A stretch of 64,000 nt of DNA from an uncultured archaeon (GCA_964391885.1 CAYMNU010000075.1:338-64337), one strand, 5' to 3'. Shown: positions 29,011 through 39,210, numbered from the stretch's first letter. Program-made: numbers and translations. Notes: a model not told the origin generated them from the letters alone.

Positions 29011-29802
29011 ATGGCAAAGATAGGCATCTTCGGCGGTTCGGGACTTTATTCTCTTTTTGACAAGCCGGAAAACCGAGATCACGGCACGATGTACGGCGAG
29101 CCCAGCGGATTAGTATCAATCGGTGAAATCAGCGGCAAAAAAACTTTTTTCATGCCACGGCATGGCGAGAAGCATGGGTTGCCCCCCCACAAGATACCCT
29201 ATAAGGCTAACATACAAGCGTTCAAGGATTTAGGCGCGGAAAGAATAGTCGCTCCATGCGCATGCGGCTCGCTCCAGCCAGAAGTCAAGCCTGGCGACTT
29301 CGTTATTGCAGACCAGATCGTTGACAGGACCCGCGGCCGTGATGATACGTTCTTCCACGGGCCTGAGGTTGCCCACGTCTCGCTTGCGGAGCCTTATTGC
29401 CCGGAGATGCGCAAGATAGCTATCGAGGCTTGCGAAAAATTGGGAATCCCGTATCACCCAAAAGGTACTGTAGTTGTTATCAACGGGCCCCGATTCTCTA
29501 CAAAAGCAGAATCCAAGTGGTTCTCCAGCAACGGATGGGAGGTAATCAACATGACCCAGTATCCTGAATGCGCCCTTGCAAAGGAGCGTGAGATGTGCTA
29601 TCTGGGGATTGCATTGATTACTGATTATGACGTAGGCTTAGAAGGGAACCCCGAGGTAAAACCGGTGACTGCAGCAGAAGTGAGAAAAATCTTCTCAAAG
29701 AACAATGAGAAAGTGAAAAAGCTGATTACTGAGATTGTCAAGAACTTGCCCGAAAAAAGAAGCTGCAGCTGCGGGAACTCGATGGAAAACGCAATGCTCT
29801 AA
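29011..29802 (+). CDS. mtnP: S-methyl-5'-thioadenosine (and 5'-deoxyadenosine/inosine) phosphorylase
   Basis: 263 aa; PNP/MTAP family (IGIFGGSGL ... NMTQYPE). Confidence 0.88.
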   Translation: MAKIGIFGGSGLYSLFDKPENRDHGTMYGEPSGLVSIGEISGKKTFFMPRHGEKHGLPPHKIPYKANIQAFKDLGAERIVAPCACGSLQPEVKPGDFVIADQIVDRTRGRDDTFFHGPEVAHVSLAEPYCPEMRKIAIEACEKLGIPYHPKGTVVVINGPRFSTKAESKWFSSNGWEVINMTQYPECALAKEREMCYLGIALITDYDVGLEGNPEVKPVTAAEVRKIFSKNNEKVKKLITEIVKNLPEKRSCSCGNSMENAML

Positions 29803-30311
29803 TATGCAATAAGCGACATCACATCATACTTCTGCAGCTTCTGCCGCCCATTTAAAAAACCCAGCTCTATGAGGAAGAGCAGGCCATCGACATGCGCGCC
29901 CAGGCCTTCCACAAGCTTGGCTGTCGTTTCCACAGTGCCGCCGGTCGCAAGCAGGTCATCCACTATCAAAACGCTGCTGCCGAACGGAAAGGCATCTTCG
30001 TGTATGCAGAGCTTGTCCTCGCCGTATTCCTTCATGCATGTGCCTTCTTTGGTCCTGTAAGGCAGCTTGCCCGGCTTTCTGACTGGTATGAAACCCGCCC
30101 CCAACTTGAGTGCTAAGGGCGCCCCGAATATGAAGCCCCTTGCTTCCATCGAAACTACATAATCAATCTTCTTGTCTTTGACCCTGTGGTACATCTCGAT
30201 TATAGCCTGGTTGAAGGCACTCGAGTTCTGTAGTAAGGGTGTAATGTCCTTGAACATTATACCCTCTTTTGGGAAATTTGGCACGTCCCTGATGAATTTT
30301 TTGAGTTCCAT
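29799..30311 (-). CDS. apt: Adenine phosphoribosyltransferase
   Basis: 170 aa from the internal ATG. PRPP-binding motif VLIVDDLLATGGT. Recycles the adenine released by MtnP. Confidence 0.85.
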   Translation of the reverse strand: MELKKFIRDVPNFPKEGIMFKDITPLLQNSSAFNQAIIEMYHRVKDKKIDYVVSMEARGFIFGAPLALKLGAGFIPVRKPGKLPYRTKEGTCMKEYGEDKLCIHEDAFPFGSSVLIVDDLLATGGTVETTAKLVEGLGAHVDGLLFLIELGFLNGRQKLQKYDVMSLIAY

Positions 30312-30366
30312 TGTAATTCCTTTGTTTTTTGATATTAACCCGATAATTAAGTCCCACAAAATAAAA

Positions 30367-31116
30367 ATGATTTACCTCATCGGTCTCGGGCTCCACGACG
30401 AAAAAGACATATCTCTCAAGGGCGTTGAAGCCACGCGCAGCTGTGATAAGGTTTACGCAGAGCTTTACACCTCCCCCTGGCAGGGCTCGTTGGATAAGTT
30501 AGGTACCACGCTAGGCAAGAAGATAACTATGTTGTACCGCCCTGATCTAGAAGAAGGCTCGAAGAAGATTTTGGACGAGGCGGAAAAAAGCGATGTTGCC
30601 TTGCTGGTCAGCGGGGATCCGCTCGTCGCAACGACCCATTCCTCACTAATAATAGATGCACGCAAGAGGGGCATCGATGTGAAAATAATTCATGCTTCAT
30701 CAGTATTCTCAGCAGTCGCAGAATCCGGCCTGCAGATTTATAAATTCGGAAAGACAGCGACCGTGGCATACCCTGAAAAGAACTTCTTCCCCAAGACACC
30801 GTATGACGCTCTTGCCAAGAACCTCGAAGAAGGCTTGCACACCCTCCTTCTTCTGGACGTGAAAGCCGATGAAAGTCGATATATGAGCGTCGCAGAGGCG
30901 GTTAGCATAATGCTCCAGCTGGAAGAAAAGGAAGGCAAAGGCATATTCACAAACAATACGAAAATCGTGGGCATAGCGCGCCTCGGCGGCGACACTAAGA
31001 TAAAATATGCTCTTGCAAAAGATTTTGGGAAAATCGATCTGGGCGGCCCGCCTCACGTGATGATTGTACCGGGTAAATTGCACTTTTCCGAAGAGGAATT
31101 TCTCAGCACCGTATGA
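30367..31116 (+). CDS. dphB: Diphthine synthase (diphthamide biosynthesis methyltransferase)
   Basis: 249 aa from MIYLIGLGL. Tetrapyrrole-methylase fold with the Dph5 signature. The ORF-track N-extension overlaps apt. Confidence 0.85.
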   Translation: MIYLIGLGLHDEKDISLKGVEATRSCDKVYAELYTSPWQGSLDKLGTTLGKKITMLYRPDLEEGSKKILDEAEKSDVALLVSGDPLVATTHSSLIIDARKRGIDVKIIHASSVFSAVAESGLQIYKFGKTATVAYPEKNFFPKTPYDALAKNLEEGLHTLLLLDVKADESRYMSVAEAVSIMLQLEEKEGKGIFTNNTKIVGIARLGGDTKIKYALAKDFGKIDLGGPPHVMIVPGKLHFSEEEFLSTV

Positions 31117-31185
31117 GGAAAAGGGCTTGGAACCTAAGTCTCCTCTCTGGAAAGCATTTCTCCGAGGAAGACTATTTAGAAAGCA

Positions 31186-31497
31186 TCACATCCACTTGAG
31201 AAAGCCCTTCTTTTCTAGCCACTCTATCTGTGGCTTGGAATATGTCATGATGAGGTCTCCGCGCTCATTCTCCTGGACGCTCCAGGGCTCTACAAGAACT
31301 ATGTCCCCCTCACGAGTCCACATCCTTCGCCTCACTCGTCCGGGTATCCTGCATATTCGTATATGGCTGTCACTGCAGCGCACTTTGCTCCTGCGGTTGC
31401 CCAGCCTTTCCTCTATTACTCCCAAAAGCTGTCCTTGCCCGGGAGTCTTGACTCTTATAGGCCCGTCCGTCGGGGCCTGTCCTCTTTTTTGTTGCAT
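31186..31497 (-). CDS. eif1a: Translation initiation factor aIF-1A
   Basis: 103 aa; S1-like OB fold (LLGVIEERLGNRRSKVRCSDSHIRICRIPGRVRRRMWTREGDIVLVEPW). Confidence 0.85.
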   Translation of the reverse strand: MQQKRGQAPTDGPIRVKTPGQGQLLGVIEERLGNRRSKVRCSDSHIRICRIPGRVRRRMWTREGDIVLVEPWSVQENERGDLIMTYSKPQIEWLEKKGFLKWM

Positions 31498-31573
31498 TAT
31501 TTCTATTTCCTCTTCTTCAAAGCCGTTAATCTTCGCGACGCCTAAATTGACCTTACAAGCTTAAAAGCTGCGG

Positions 31574-32236
31574 CTAGAGCCTTACCAGATAGTAGAAGCG
31601 ATTTTGAGCCTTTCCGGCCTGCCGGTCGAAGCCTGCTTGCTTAAAGCTTTTCTTGACCTCGACTGCATCCCCAAAGCCCCTTACAACCTTTTCCGCGGCC
31701 TTCTTACTGCCCACATAAATATCATAGCCTCCCTGGACTCTTTTTACCTCGCCTACGAAAGACAGCCTGTCTTTGTATCCTTCGATTTCCTTGGTTATCT
31801 TCTCTATGGTGCTCTTTCCAACTCCCCCGCGCATCTGCAGGACGGCCTCAAAGTATCCTCCCGCCATCCTGCTGCAGTCCGGGCAGGCATTGTTCCTTAT
31901 CACCACAAACGCAGTTTTTCTGACTTCTGAATCGCCTATAACCACACTCACGGTCGCCTCATATGCCCCCCGAGCTTCCTTAACCTCAAACTTCAGGACG
32001 CCTGCCTTATCTAATTTATTGATGTTACTCTTAAGGGATTTTTTCACAAAGGCAAGAATAGCATCTTCCGTACTTATATCGCGCAGCCATTTACCCGAGA
32101 GAAGGAAGGCATTGCAGTCCCGGCAGTGGGAGAGCTCCAGCTTCTCGGGAAGCTCGATTGTGAGGTTCTTCTTGAGGTAACACTCACCGCAGAACATGCC
32201 TACTTCGCTTTTCCTTCCGCACAAGGGGCAGACCAT
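31574..32236 (-). CDS. Nmd3-family protein (ribosomal large-subunit export/biogenesis factor homologue)
   Basis: 220 aa; N-terminal CPLCG ... CGEC ... CRDC zinc cluster, then an OB-like region typical of archaeal Nmd3. Confidence 0.6.
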   Translation of the reverse strand: MVCPLCGRKSEVGMFCGECYLKKNLTIELPEKLELSHCRDCNAFLLSGKWLRDISTEDAILAFVKKSLKSNINKLDKAGVLKFEVKEARGAYEATVSVVIGDSEVRKTAFVVIRNNACPDCSRMAGGYFEAVLQMRGGVGKSTIEKITKEIEGYKDRLSFVGEVKRVQGGYDIYVGSKKAAEKVVRGFGDAVEVKKSFKQAGFDRQAGKAQNRFYYLVRL

Positions 32237-32353
32237 GGGATAGTTACTAACTCTGTTAAGAAAAGAGGAGGATTGCTGTCTTCAGTTTTGAGTCGTGGGT
32301 ATTGTATGTAGTGCAAACAGATGTGAAGAAACAATTAATCGCATATTTCAAGG

Positions 32354-32908
32354 CTATATCCTACCTTCCTTATAGAGGGATTTGATGTAACCCAAACCGG
32401 CATTTGCTTTCCCCCCCCTCACCTCTTGCAGCACCCACCCGTAATTTTTCCCCTGGTATGCTACATGGTGGCGCACCAAAAGCGCAGCTTTTTCACCCGC
32501 ACCCAGCTCACCATACTTCTTTCGAATTGCAGGGCGATTCTCCCGAGGCTCGGTAAGGTGATTGTTCATACGGCTCAAAAGTTCTTCTCGCTGAGCACGC
32601 GTCAGCTCGCCAGACTGCAGCGGATTCCCTCCCTGTGCAGCTTCCTTGGTACTTCGCCTTCCCCCCTCATATCTCCGAGCCTCTTCAGGCGTGGCTGGCC
32701 GGAATTCAGGCATGAAGAAGTCGGGCATTGGCCTTTTAACGGCTGGTCGCGGAGCATCAGTAGCCGGTTTTTGAGTATGGGTTTGCACAGGCATCCCATC
32801 TTTCTTCTTAGGCCCTTTTAGATACTTATCGCTCTTCTTCCAAGCCTTCGCCTGCTGGAACGCTGCTCTCTTCTCGGCCTTAGCTTTCTGCTTGCCTCTT
32901 CTGCCCAT
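32354..32908 (-). CDS. Lys/Arg-rich hypothetical protein
   Basis: 184 aa; basic low-complexity N-terminus, conserved-looking C-terminal GKNYGWVLQEVRGGKANAGLGYI. Confidence 0.35.
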   Translation of the reverse strand: MGRRGKQKAKAEKRAAFQQAKAWKKSDKYLKGPKKKDGMPVQTHTQKPATDAPRPAVKRPMPDFFMPEFRPATPEEARRYEGGRRSTKEAAQGGNPLQSGELTRAQREELLSRMNNHLTEPRENRPAIRKKYGELGAGEKAALLVRHHVAYQGKNYGWVLQEVRGGKANAGLGYIKSLYKEGRI

Positions 32909-33014
32909 TCTGATTTATTATAAAAATCAAAGCACAAAAATCTTTCAAGACCCGCTCGGCAATGCTTAGCCAAGACTGAAAACCGTGTACTGAAGACAGC
33001 CCAGCTACCCTTAG

Positions 33015-33608
33015 CTACTGCGCGTACCTGTCCCTCATCCCGAGCCAGATGCCTGCAAGCATCACGACAAAGACGCCCGCATAAGCAACGTTCATGCTTC
33101 CCGCCATCACCCCACCAAGCATCATCAGGAAGCCTGCGAAGAGTGCGAAGAAGCCGCTCATCTTGCTGTAATCATAAGTCCTTTGCGCTGAAAGTATCAC
33201 AAGCCCCGCCCCCAGAAGGAGCAAAAGCAGGCCGAACTCAAGGATGCCCATGTCGCCCACCGGCGTACTCAAGCCTGCCAGCGAGACAAAGAAGAGCCCT
33301 AGTATCATCACCAGCAGCCCTGTGAAAAAATAGCTTTGCCTGAGGAAGAGTTCCTTGAGAGTATGCTCTTCTGTGATGACTGCATAAAAAAATGCTATGC
33401 TCCCTATCCACACCATAACAATCCCGTATATCACGGGCTCGAAGGAATAGCTGGCAAGAAGATAGGCAAAAGAGAATATAGATGCCCCCACTGCAATGGC
33501 TATAATCGCAAGCGATAGTATGAGAACTTTTGACACTCCCCCGTCCATCGGGTTTACGCGTTTGCGGAAATCCATAAGGTAATAAAAGGCAGATTGCTTA
33601 AAAATCAA
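33015..33608 (-). CDS. Polytopic membrane protein (hypothetical)
   Basis: 197 aa; six hydrophobic helices. Confidence 0.4.
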   Translation of the reverse strand: MIFKQSAFYYLMDFRKRVNPMDGGVSKVLILSLAIIAIAVGASIFSFAYLLASYSFEPVIYGIVMVWIGSIAFFYAVITEEHTLKELFLRQSYFFTGLLVMILGLFFVSLAGLSTPVGDMGILEFGLLLLLLGAGLVILSAQRTYDYSKMSGFFALFAGFLMMLGGVMAGSMNVAYAGVFVVMLAGIWLGMRDRYAQ

Positions 33609-33634
33609 TAGGGCCAGAGGACAATCTTATTTTC

Positions 33635-33949
33635 TCAGAGCATGAACACCTGAAGATGAGGTACCCCACTTATATGTATTACCGAATCAGAGTGTTCTGG
33701 GAAATTGTCACAATAAGCCTTTACAGCCCTTTCGCCGGCAAGGTTGGCTGTGATGCAGCAACCTAGAAATTCAATGAGCTCATCAGCCGGGATTTCCTTC
33801 TCAAGATAAAACTCCTCCTCCAACTCCAACCTAAGTTCGCCTTCGCTGAATGACTTGCCAAGCAGCTCGATGTCACAGGCCCCTACAACCAGCCCCTGCG
33901 GCGTATTATGCGCCTTTACCGCAATCAGACGCTTTTCAGTGGCTTCCAT
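33635..33949 (-). CDS. DUF424-family protein (conserved neighbour of aIF-2 beta)
   Basis: About 104 aa; gene order aIF2beta-DUF424 is conserved in archaea; start uncertain. Confidence 0.45.
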   Translation of the reverse strand: MEATEKRLIAVKAHNTPQGLVVGACDIELLGKSFSEGELRLELEEEFYLEKEIPADELIEFLGCCITANLAGERAVKAYCDNFPEHSDSVIHISGVPHLQVFML

Positions 33950-34338
33950 GCTCCGCATGCCTCGCATTTGAGTATCTTAACGCCTTCCATATTGCTGAAA
34001 ACAGTGTCTGGCTTTCCGCACTGTGGGCATATAACATATTCTGTCGCGTATTTCTTAACAGAATCGCCTATCTTCTTGCCGAAGAGCTTCTTGTTGAATG
34101 TGAGGCGCTCGCCCGTCAGAGTAGCATAAGCTCCCAGATCTTTTGTAAGGAACTTCTGAAGGTGGGGCTCATCTCTTCTTAATTCTTTTGCCACCTGGGA
34201 GAAATTCTTCAGCAGGGTCTTATTGCCCTCAAAGAAGACGTCAACTTGCGGCATCTCAAAGCGACTCTCGCTCTTCGTTTTTTCCGGGAGCTGCGAGTAT
34301 GCCCTGTCCAGCAGCGTGTCGTAATCCGAGAAATCCAT
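33925..34338 (-). CDS. eif2b: Translation initiation factor aIF-2 beta subunit
   Basis: 137 aa; C-terminal zinc ribbon CPQCGKPDT ... CEACG and the eIF2beta core. Confidence 0.85.
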   Translation of the reverse strand: MDFSDYDTLLDRAYSQLPEKTKSESRFEMPQVDVFFEGNKTLLKNFSQVAKELRRDEPHLQKFLTKDLGAYATLTGERLTFNKKLFGKKIGDSVKKYATEYVICPQCGKPDTVFSNMEGVKILKCEACGAWKPLKSV

Positions 34339-34408
34339 CGGGCTAATTTGATAATGGGGTGATAAAAACCATTAGTTGTCTATTTTATAGCAAAACCGTA
34401 AATATCTC

Positions 34409-35260
34409 ATGGAAAACCATGGCAGGAGGGCCACAATACTCGGTATTGTAGCAAACGCCTTTCTTTTCTCCATAAAGCTAACTGCCGGTCTTATGTCGGG
34501 CAGCCTTGCTCTCCTGTCAGATGCTGCAAACTCATTTTCAGATACGATTTACTCCGTTGCGATTTTCATAGCCGTTAGGATTTCAGGCAAGAAGGCTGAC
34601 CGTGGCCACCCTTTCGGGCATCACAGAGCTGAGCCGGTAGTGGGTCTCTTAATTGCCATACTTGCAGGAATCCTCGGTTTTGAGATTATAAAAACCGGAG
34701 TCATCGGCATTATAGACCCCAGCCCAATGGCATTCACACTTTTCGGCGCTATAGTCTTGATAACGACAATGATTATAAAAGCAGCTATGTGGGTTTACTT
34801 CAAGCGCATCGCACTCAGGATAAACAGCCCGGCGATACATGCCGCCTCGATAGACAGCAGGAATGACATACTCCTTTCCTTCACGGCTCTTCTCGGCATA
34901 TGCGGGCCCCTCATAGGCATGGCAAGCCTTGATTACTATGCCGGTATAGCTATAGGGTTATTCATTATCTGGTCCGGTTATGACATAGGCAAGAAAAACA
35001 TAGACTACCTCATGGGCGCCTCACCTGATGAAGAAATACTGACTAAGATAAGGAAAAGAGCCCTTTCCATCAAAGGCGTCAGAGGGACGAACGATATACG
35101 CGCCCATTATGTCGGTAATTACTTGCATGCGGAGGTGCATGTGGAAATAAATAAGTCCCTGCATGCAGACAAAGCGCATGATATATGCAAGGCAGTCCAG
35201 CACATAGTCGAAGCGATGCCTCAGGTCGACAAGGCATTTGTCCACCTGGACCCGCGCTAG
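34409..35260 (+). CDS. Cation diffusion facilitator family metal efflux transporter
   Basis: 283 aa; CDF signature in TM2 (LLSDAANSFSD) and the HPFGHHRAE motif. Confidence 0.85.
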   Translation: MENHGRRATILGIVANAFLFSIKLTAGLMSGSLALLSDAANSFSDTIYSVAIFIAVRISGKKADRGHPFGHHRAEPVVGLLIAILAGILGFEIIKTGVIGIIDPSPMAFTLFGAIVLITTMIIKAAMWVYFKRIALRINSPAIHAASIDSRNDILLSFTALLGICGPLIGMASLDYYAGIAIGLFIIWSGYDIGKKNIDYLMGASPDEEILTKIRKRALSIKGVRGTNDIRAHYVGNYLHAEVHVEINKSLHADKAHDICKAVQHIVEAMPQVDKAFVHLDPR

Positions 35261-36348
35261 CGCGTATAGATGTTCCTGCAGGGGAAGGCTATCTCGATTT
35301 TCTCTTTGTCAAACTCTTTTTTCAGGGCCTTGATGAACTCGTCAATAAGCTCGTATTGCCTTTCCCAGCGCTTTATCTTGAACAGGACATTGAATTTGAT
35401 ATTCGAGTCGCCAAACTCCCTGAACCTTATAAACGGCTCCTCGCCATCAACCCCACTACCTGTTTTCTTTAAAAGCCGTTTGGCTACTTTGAGAGTTACC
35501 TTCTCTACCTTGTCCAAATCACTCCCGTATGCTACACCAACCGGCACTTTTATGAGCATGGGCTGCTTTGGTTGGCTGTAATTCATTATTGTTGATTCAG
35601 CCAGTTTGGAATTGGGTATGACTATTGTATTGTTGGTAAGGGTCTTCATCCAAACGCTTCTCCAGGTCATTTTCTCGACATAGCCTCTTTTCTCTGAATC
35701 AAGCTCTATGAAGTCGCCAAGCCTGGCCGTTTTGTCGGATGCCATGTACATGCCTGCAAAATAGTTAGTCAATGTGGGTTGCAAGGCCAATGCGATGGCT
35801 AGGCCACCTATACCCAGGCTTGCAAGAAGCGGTGTAATCTCTATCCCAAACTCATTTAGGAGTATTAGTATGGCAATTGCATAGATGAAAAGGGAAATAA
35901 GATTTTTCAGGCTATATAAAGCTGTTTTTTCAATCCTGAAATACTGCCTATCCTGGCTGGAATACCACAAGATTAGGGCGCTTATCACCTTTCTGGAGAT
36001 ATAGACCCCCATCAAGACAATTACCAGTACGAAATAATCCTTTAGGTTGCCCCAGAATGGTTCAAATACTCTAAGGGATGTGAGGGCATAATACAAGCCT
36101 ATTGTAACTGCGATTAAATAGAGCGGCCCCTTCACCTCACTCGCCACATGGTCCCCAAAACCCGGCTTATCCTGTTTTTTTATCCTGGCTACATAGGTTT
36201 TGAAGATGAAAAATACGCTTTTTGCCCCCAGGAAAGCCATTGCCATTACCCATAGGGCATACGCTATGTCGCCATACGGCATCATTGATTCTGCAAACTG
36301 TTCAAACACCATGATAATTAAATGAATGTAACGATAAAAATCAGACAA
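35257..36348 (-). CDS. Small-conductance mechanosensitive channel (MscS family)
   Basis: 363 aa; three N-terminal TM helices, then the MscS beta-domain motif (NTIVIPNSKL). Confidence 0.8.
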   Translation of the reverse strand: MSDFYRYIHLIIMVFEQFAESMMPYGDIAYALWVMAMAFLGAKSVFFIFKTYVARIKKQDKPGFGDHVASEVKGPLYLIAVTIGLYYALTSLRVFEPFWGNLKDYFVLVIVLMGVYISRKVISALILWYSSQDRQYFRIEKTALYSLKNLISLFIYAIAILILLNEFGIEITPLLASLGIGGLAIALALQPTLTNYFAGMYMASDKTARLGDFIELDSEKRGYVEKMTWRSVWMKTLTNNTIVIPNSKLAESTIMNYSQPKQPMLIKVPVGVAYGSDLDKVEKVTLKVAKRLLKKTGSGVDGEEPFIRFREFGDSNIKFNVLFKIKRWERQYELIDEFIKALKKEFDKEKIEIAFPCRNIYTR

Positions 36349-36422
36349 ACTCTCTCACCGAAAACTTTTTTTGCCTGCTCAAGCTTTTTAAACTCCAAAC
36401 ACAAATTAAGGCGCAAAACAAA

Positions 36423-36611
36423 ATGGCTGTAAAAATCGAGCAGACACTAGATGATTGTATCGGATGTGGAGCGTGCGTAGCAGTATGCGACAACTGGGAG
36501 ATGGGCTCTGACGGCAAGTCTCACCCAAAGCAGACGGAGTTAGACGAAGTGGGTTGCAACAAGGAAGCTGCCGACGTCTGTCCTGTGGGCTGCATCCACA
36601 TCAAGCAGTAA
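36423..36611 (+). CDS. Small single-cluster ferredoxin
   Basis: 62 aa; CIGCGACVAVC ... CPVGCI cluster motif. Confidence 0.72.
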   Translation: MAVKIEQTLDDCIGCGACVAVCDNWEMGSDGKSHPKQTELDEVGCNKEAADVCPVGCIHIKQ

Positions 36612-36678
36612 TCTAGGGGAAAACCTTTTACTTCCCTCTTTCTCATTTTTTTATACATATACCTAGAATTAACGCTAG

Positions 36679-39210
36679 GTGAATCATATGGCTTTGCGAT
36701 ATAGTCTCCCATGGGCGCTTGTCTGCGCGCTGGCTCTCCTGCAAACCGGAATGTCCTCTGTGCCATTCATTGACACTTGGGACATTTATGTGTCCCCTGA
36801 AGCACCTGACTCTACATTTTCAAACTATCAATTTTCCCAATCCGTCCTTCAGGGTATTTTCAACGGCCTTAGTTTTCGAATGGCATATGAACAAAGCCTT
36901 TCAGATTATTACTGCTCCGACGTATATCCCCCACATTGCTCTACTTCAGGCGATTCCGCCATACTCACAATTTATTCATGGTATCCTTATTGCCATGGTA
37001 CTCCTGGGGATTGCTGCTATCCTAATCGGCTGGATTGTGACTCCATTATCGCTTCTACCTCCTCCGGTATTTCTATGGAACACTTAGCTCTTTGCATATC
37101 CAACAATTGCAGCACCCCCATCCCATGTGGAGATCTCGATTGTAGGTATGATGTGATATGTACTGCTGTTCTTAATGGTCCCTCCGAACACCGCTGTGAT
37201 TCTGAAAAGGGCTTTTGCTATTGCGCGGGCGTCTGCGGCGATGGCTTTTGTGACTATTGGGAGGCTACCCGCCGGACATGCCCTGCAGACTGTGGCGAAA
37301 TTGCATTGGACAGCGACAGCGACGGCCTTAGCGACTGGGATGAGATAAACATATACGGCACAGACCCTCTTAATCCTGACACCGACGCCGACGGGCTTTC
37401 AGACTGGCAAGAAATAATCCGGGGCACAAATCCCCTGAATCCTGACACCGATGAAGGGGGCCAGTGCGACGGCCCGAACGCGGTTCCAGGCGTATGCAGG
37501 GCAGGACCGGATCCCTGCCCAATGGATTCGAGCAATCTTTGTTACCACGGCATCCCATCCGGTGCTAATCCCAAAGGCTATGATACGGACGGAGACGGCG
37601 TTGACAATTATATGGATCCCTGCCCCCTAAATCCAGAAAATAACTGCCCCAGGGGCAATGACCCTGAGCTGGATCCGGCAATAGTCTATTGGGGGCTCCC
37701 ACAGCAGTATCTTTCTGAAGCCTCGTGGGGCTCTCCATCAGGACTTAGCGATTGGGACGGTTATATTCTTGGAATCAACCCTTTTCCAAAGGACAGCAGC
37801 GGTAACGGCCTGCCTGACTACTGGGAGGCCCAATACGGGGTCAGCGACCCGGACGGCGACCCGGACGGCGACGGCCTTACAAACATACAGGAATATTATC
37901 TCGGCACAGACCCCCTTAATCCCGACACCCTGGGCAATGGCATACTAGACGGCGACGAAGGCTTGATTCCCGATGATGAAACCATAATACAGATTAGAAT
38001 ATTAGATATCCCTCCCAGCAGGGCATCCTCTAATGAGGGTATATATAAATTCAATTACGGGCAGACTATAGATCAAGTAGTCATTGAGGCGAAGTATGCT
38101 GATGGCAGGCCCTTGGTGAAACCCCTAGTATTTGGTGAGCTTGTAGTGAAGGGGGGGGATGAATCAGTATTCTTACCATTTACTAGTACGATATCCACAA
38201 ACTTCGTAAGTGACGTCGGCTATGACCTTCTTGAGAAGAATAAGGAAGCGCCCTTCTTAGTCCTCAATATAATGGCAATCGACCCCTTTGGAAATTCTGC
38301 CAGGTATTCCACCCGCTTGTTTATATTGAATTCTGATGAGGAGAAATTCCGGATCATGGTTTCCAAACCCCAGGGCACCTATGCATATGGCCAGAAAGCC
38401 ATGTTTGAGGTGATGACAGACGGCCTTCAAATGGATCGAATTCAGATGGAAGTCTTTGTCGAGGGCCCAGGTCAGCAATTCAGGCTTTTCAGACAGGGCG
38501 ATAATTTCGTCGGTGAATACTCCATAAACACTGACGACCCCGATCCAATACTTTTCTATTTTTTAGTCTATGCGACCGGAACTACTCGGGAGGAGTCATA
38601 CGATTCTGTCAGAAGGGTCGAAATACGCGTCAAGCCCTTATTGGAGATTGATTATCTGGAAGAAGAATCCGCAGGAAATAGATACGCATTCAGGGTAAAC
38701 TACCCTAACGGAGATCCGCTTTTTGAAAAATCCCTTCGCTGTATTTTCAATGGCAACGAGACTATGGCCTTTAGACAACAAGGTTCAGTTTACTATGCAG
38801 ATTTCCATTCCGTCGAAGGGGATATATTGGTTGAAATACTAGACCCTCATGGAAATATAGGGAAGACAAAAATATCTTATGAATCATTAAGAGTGGTATT
38901 GGACTTCGGTTCCACCTTTTCCTATGCATTGCTTTTGATTGCCTCAATTTTCTCATTATTCTTTACATATCGCTGGTTCATGGGGCGAAGAGACACCGAG
39001 CGCGAAATACTCATATCCCAAAAACAGCTCCTAAAGAGAAAAAGGGAATTAATGACCCTTATCAAGGATACTAAGGCACGCTACTATCAAAAGAAGATAT
39101 CCGGTGAATATGCCTCAAGAAAGCTAGCCGACTTGGAAGGGGAAGTGCGGTTGATAGATGAAGAATTGCACAATGCCGGCCAAAGGAGATTCAGCAAATG
39201 GAAGTTCTAG
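36679..39210 (+). CDS. Large secreted/surface protein with thrombospondin type-3-like Ca-binding repeats (DxDxDGxxDxxE), C-terminal TM anchor and coiled-coil tail (paralogue A)
   Basis: 843 aa; signal-like N-terminus; Cys-rich region; more than 6 DxDxDG repeats; C-terminal hydrophobic helix then a K/R-rich coiled coil. Confidence 0.6.
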   Translation: MNHMALRYSLPWALVCALALLQTGMSSVPFIDTWDIYVSPEAPDSTFSNYQFSQSVLQGIFNGLSFRMAYEQSLSDYYCSDVYPPHCSTSGDSAILTIYSWYPYCHGTPGDCCYPNRLDCDSIIASTSSGISMEHLALCISNNCSTPIPCGDLDCRYDVICTAVLNGPSEHRCDSEKGFCYCAGVCGDGFCDYWEATRRTCPADCGEIALDSDSDGLSDWDEINIYGTDPLNPDTDADGLSDWQEIIRGTNPLNPDTDEGGQCDGPNAVPGVCRAGPDPCPMDSSNLCYHGIPSGANPKGYDTDGDGVDNYMDPCPLNPENNCPRGNDPELDPAIVYWGLPQQYLSEASWGSPSGLSDWDGYILGINPFPKDSSGNGLPDYWEAQYGVSDPDGDPDGDGLTNIQEYYLGTDPLNPDTLGNGILDGDEGLIPDDETIIQIRILDIPPSRASSNEGIYKFNYGQTIDQVVIEAKYADGRPLVKPLVFGELVVKGGDESVFLPFTSTISTNFVSDVGYDLLEKNKEAPFLVLNIMAIDPFGNSARYSTRLFILNSDEEKFRIMVSKPQGTYAYGQKAMFEVMTDGLQMDRIQMEVFVEGPGQQFRLFRQGDNFVGEYSINTDDPDPILFYFLVYATGTTREESYDSVRRVEIRVKPLLEIDYLEEESAGNRYAFRVNYPNGDPLFEKSLRCIFNGNETMAFRQQGSVYYADFHSVEGDILVEILDPHGNIGKTKISYESLRVVLDFGSTFSYALLLIASIFSLFFTYRWFMGRRDTEREILISQKQLLKRKRELMTLIKDTKARYYQKKISGEYASRKLADLEGEVRLIDEELHNAGQRRFSKWKF
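37792..37958. repeat. 167-nt segment about 99% identical to 41184-41350 (copy in paralogue A)
   Basis: Direct comparison: one mismatch in 167 nt. Further 47-80-nt patches at 37255/40635 and 37447/40817 are above 90% identical. Flanking sequence is far more diverged. Confidence 0.8.

Noticed and set aside
30172-30366. 65-aa N-terminal extension of diphthine synthase and 16-aa extension of Apt, giving overlapping divergent genes
   Set aside because: Both canonical N-termini (MIYLIGLGL for Dph5, MELKKFIRD for Apt) start at internal ATGs. Using them removes the overlap and restores normal protein lengths.
37254-37535. 93-aa minus-strand ORFs at 37254-37535 and 40634-40915 with near-identical sequences
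   Set aside because: They lie antisense to the conserved TSP3-repeat patches of the two large paralogues. Their identity just mirrors the gene-conversion tracts; they have no start context or independent support.
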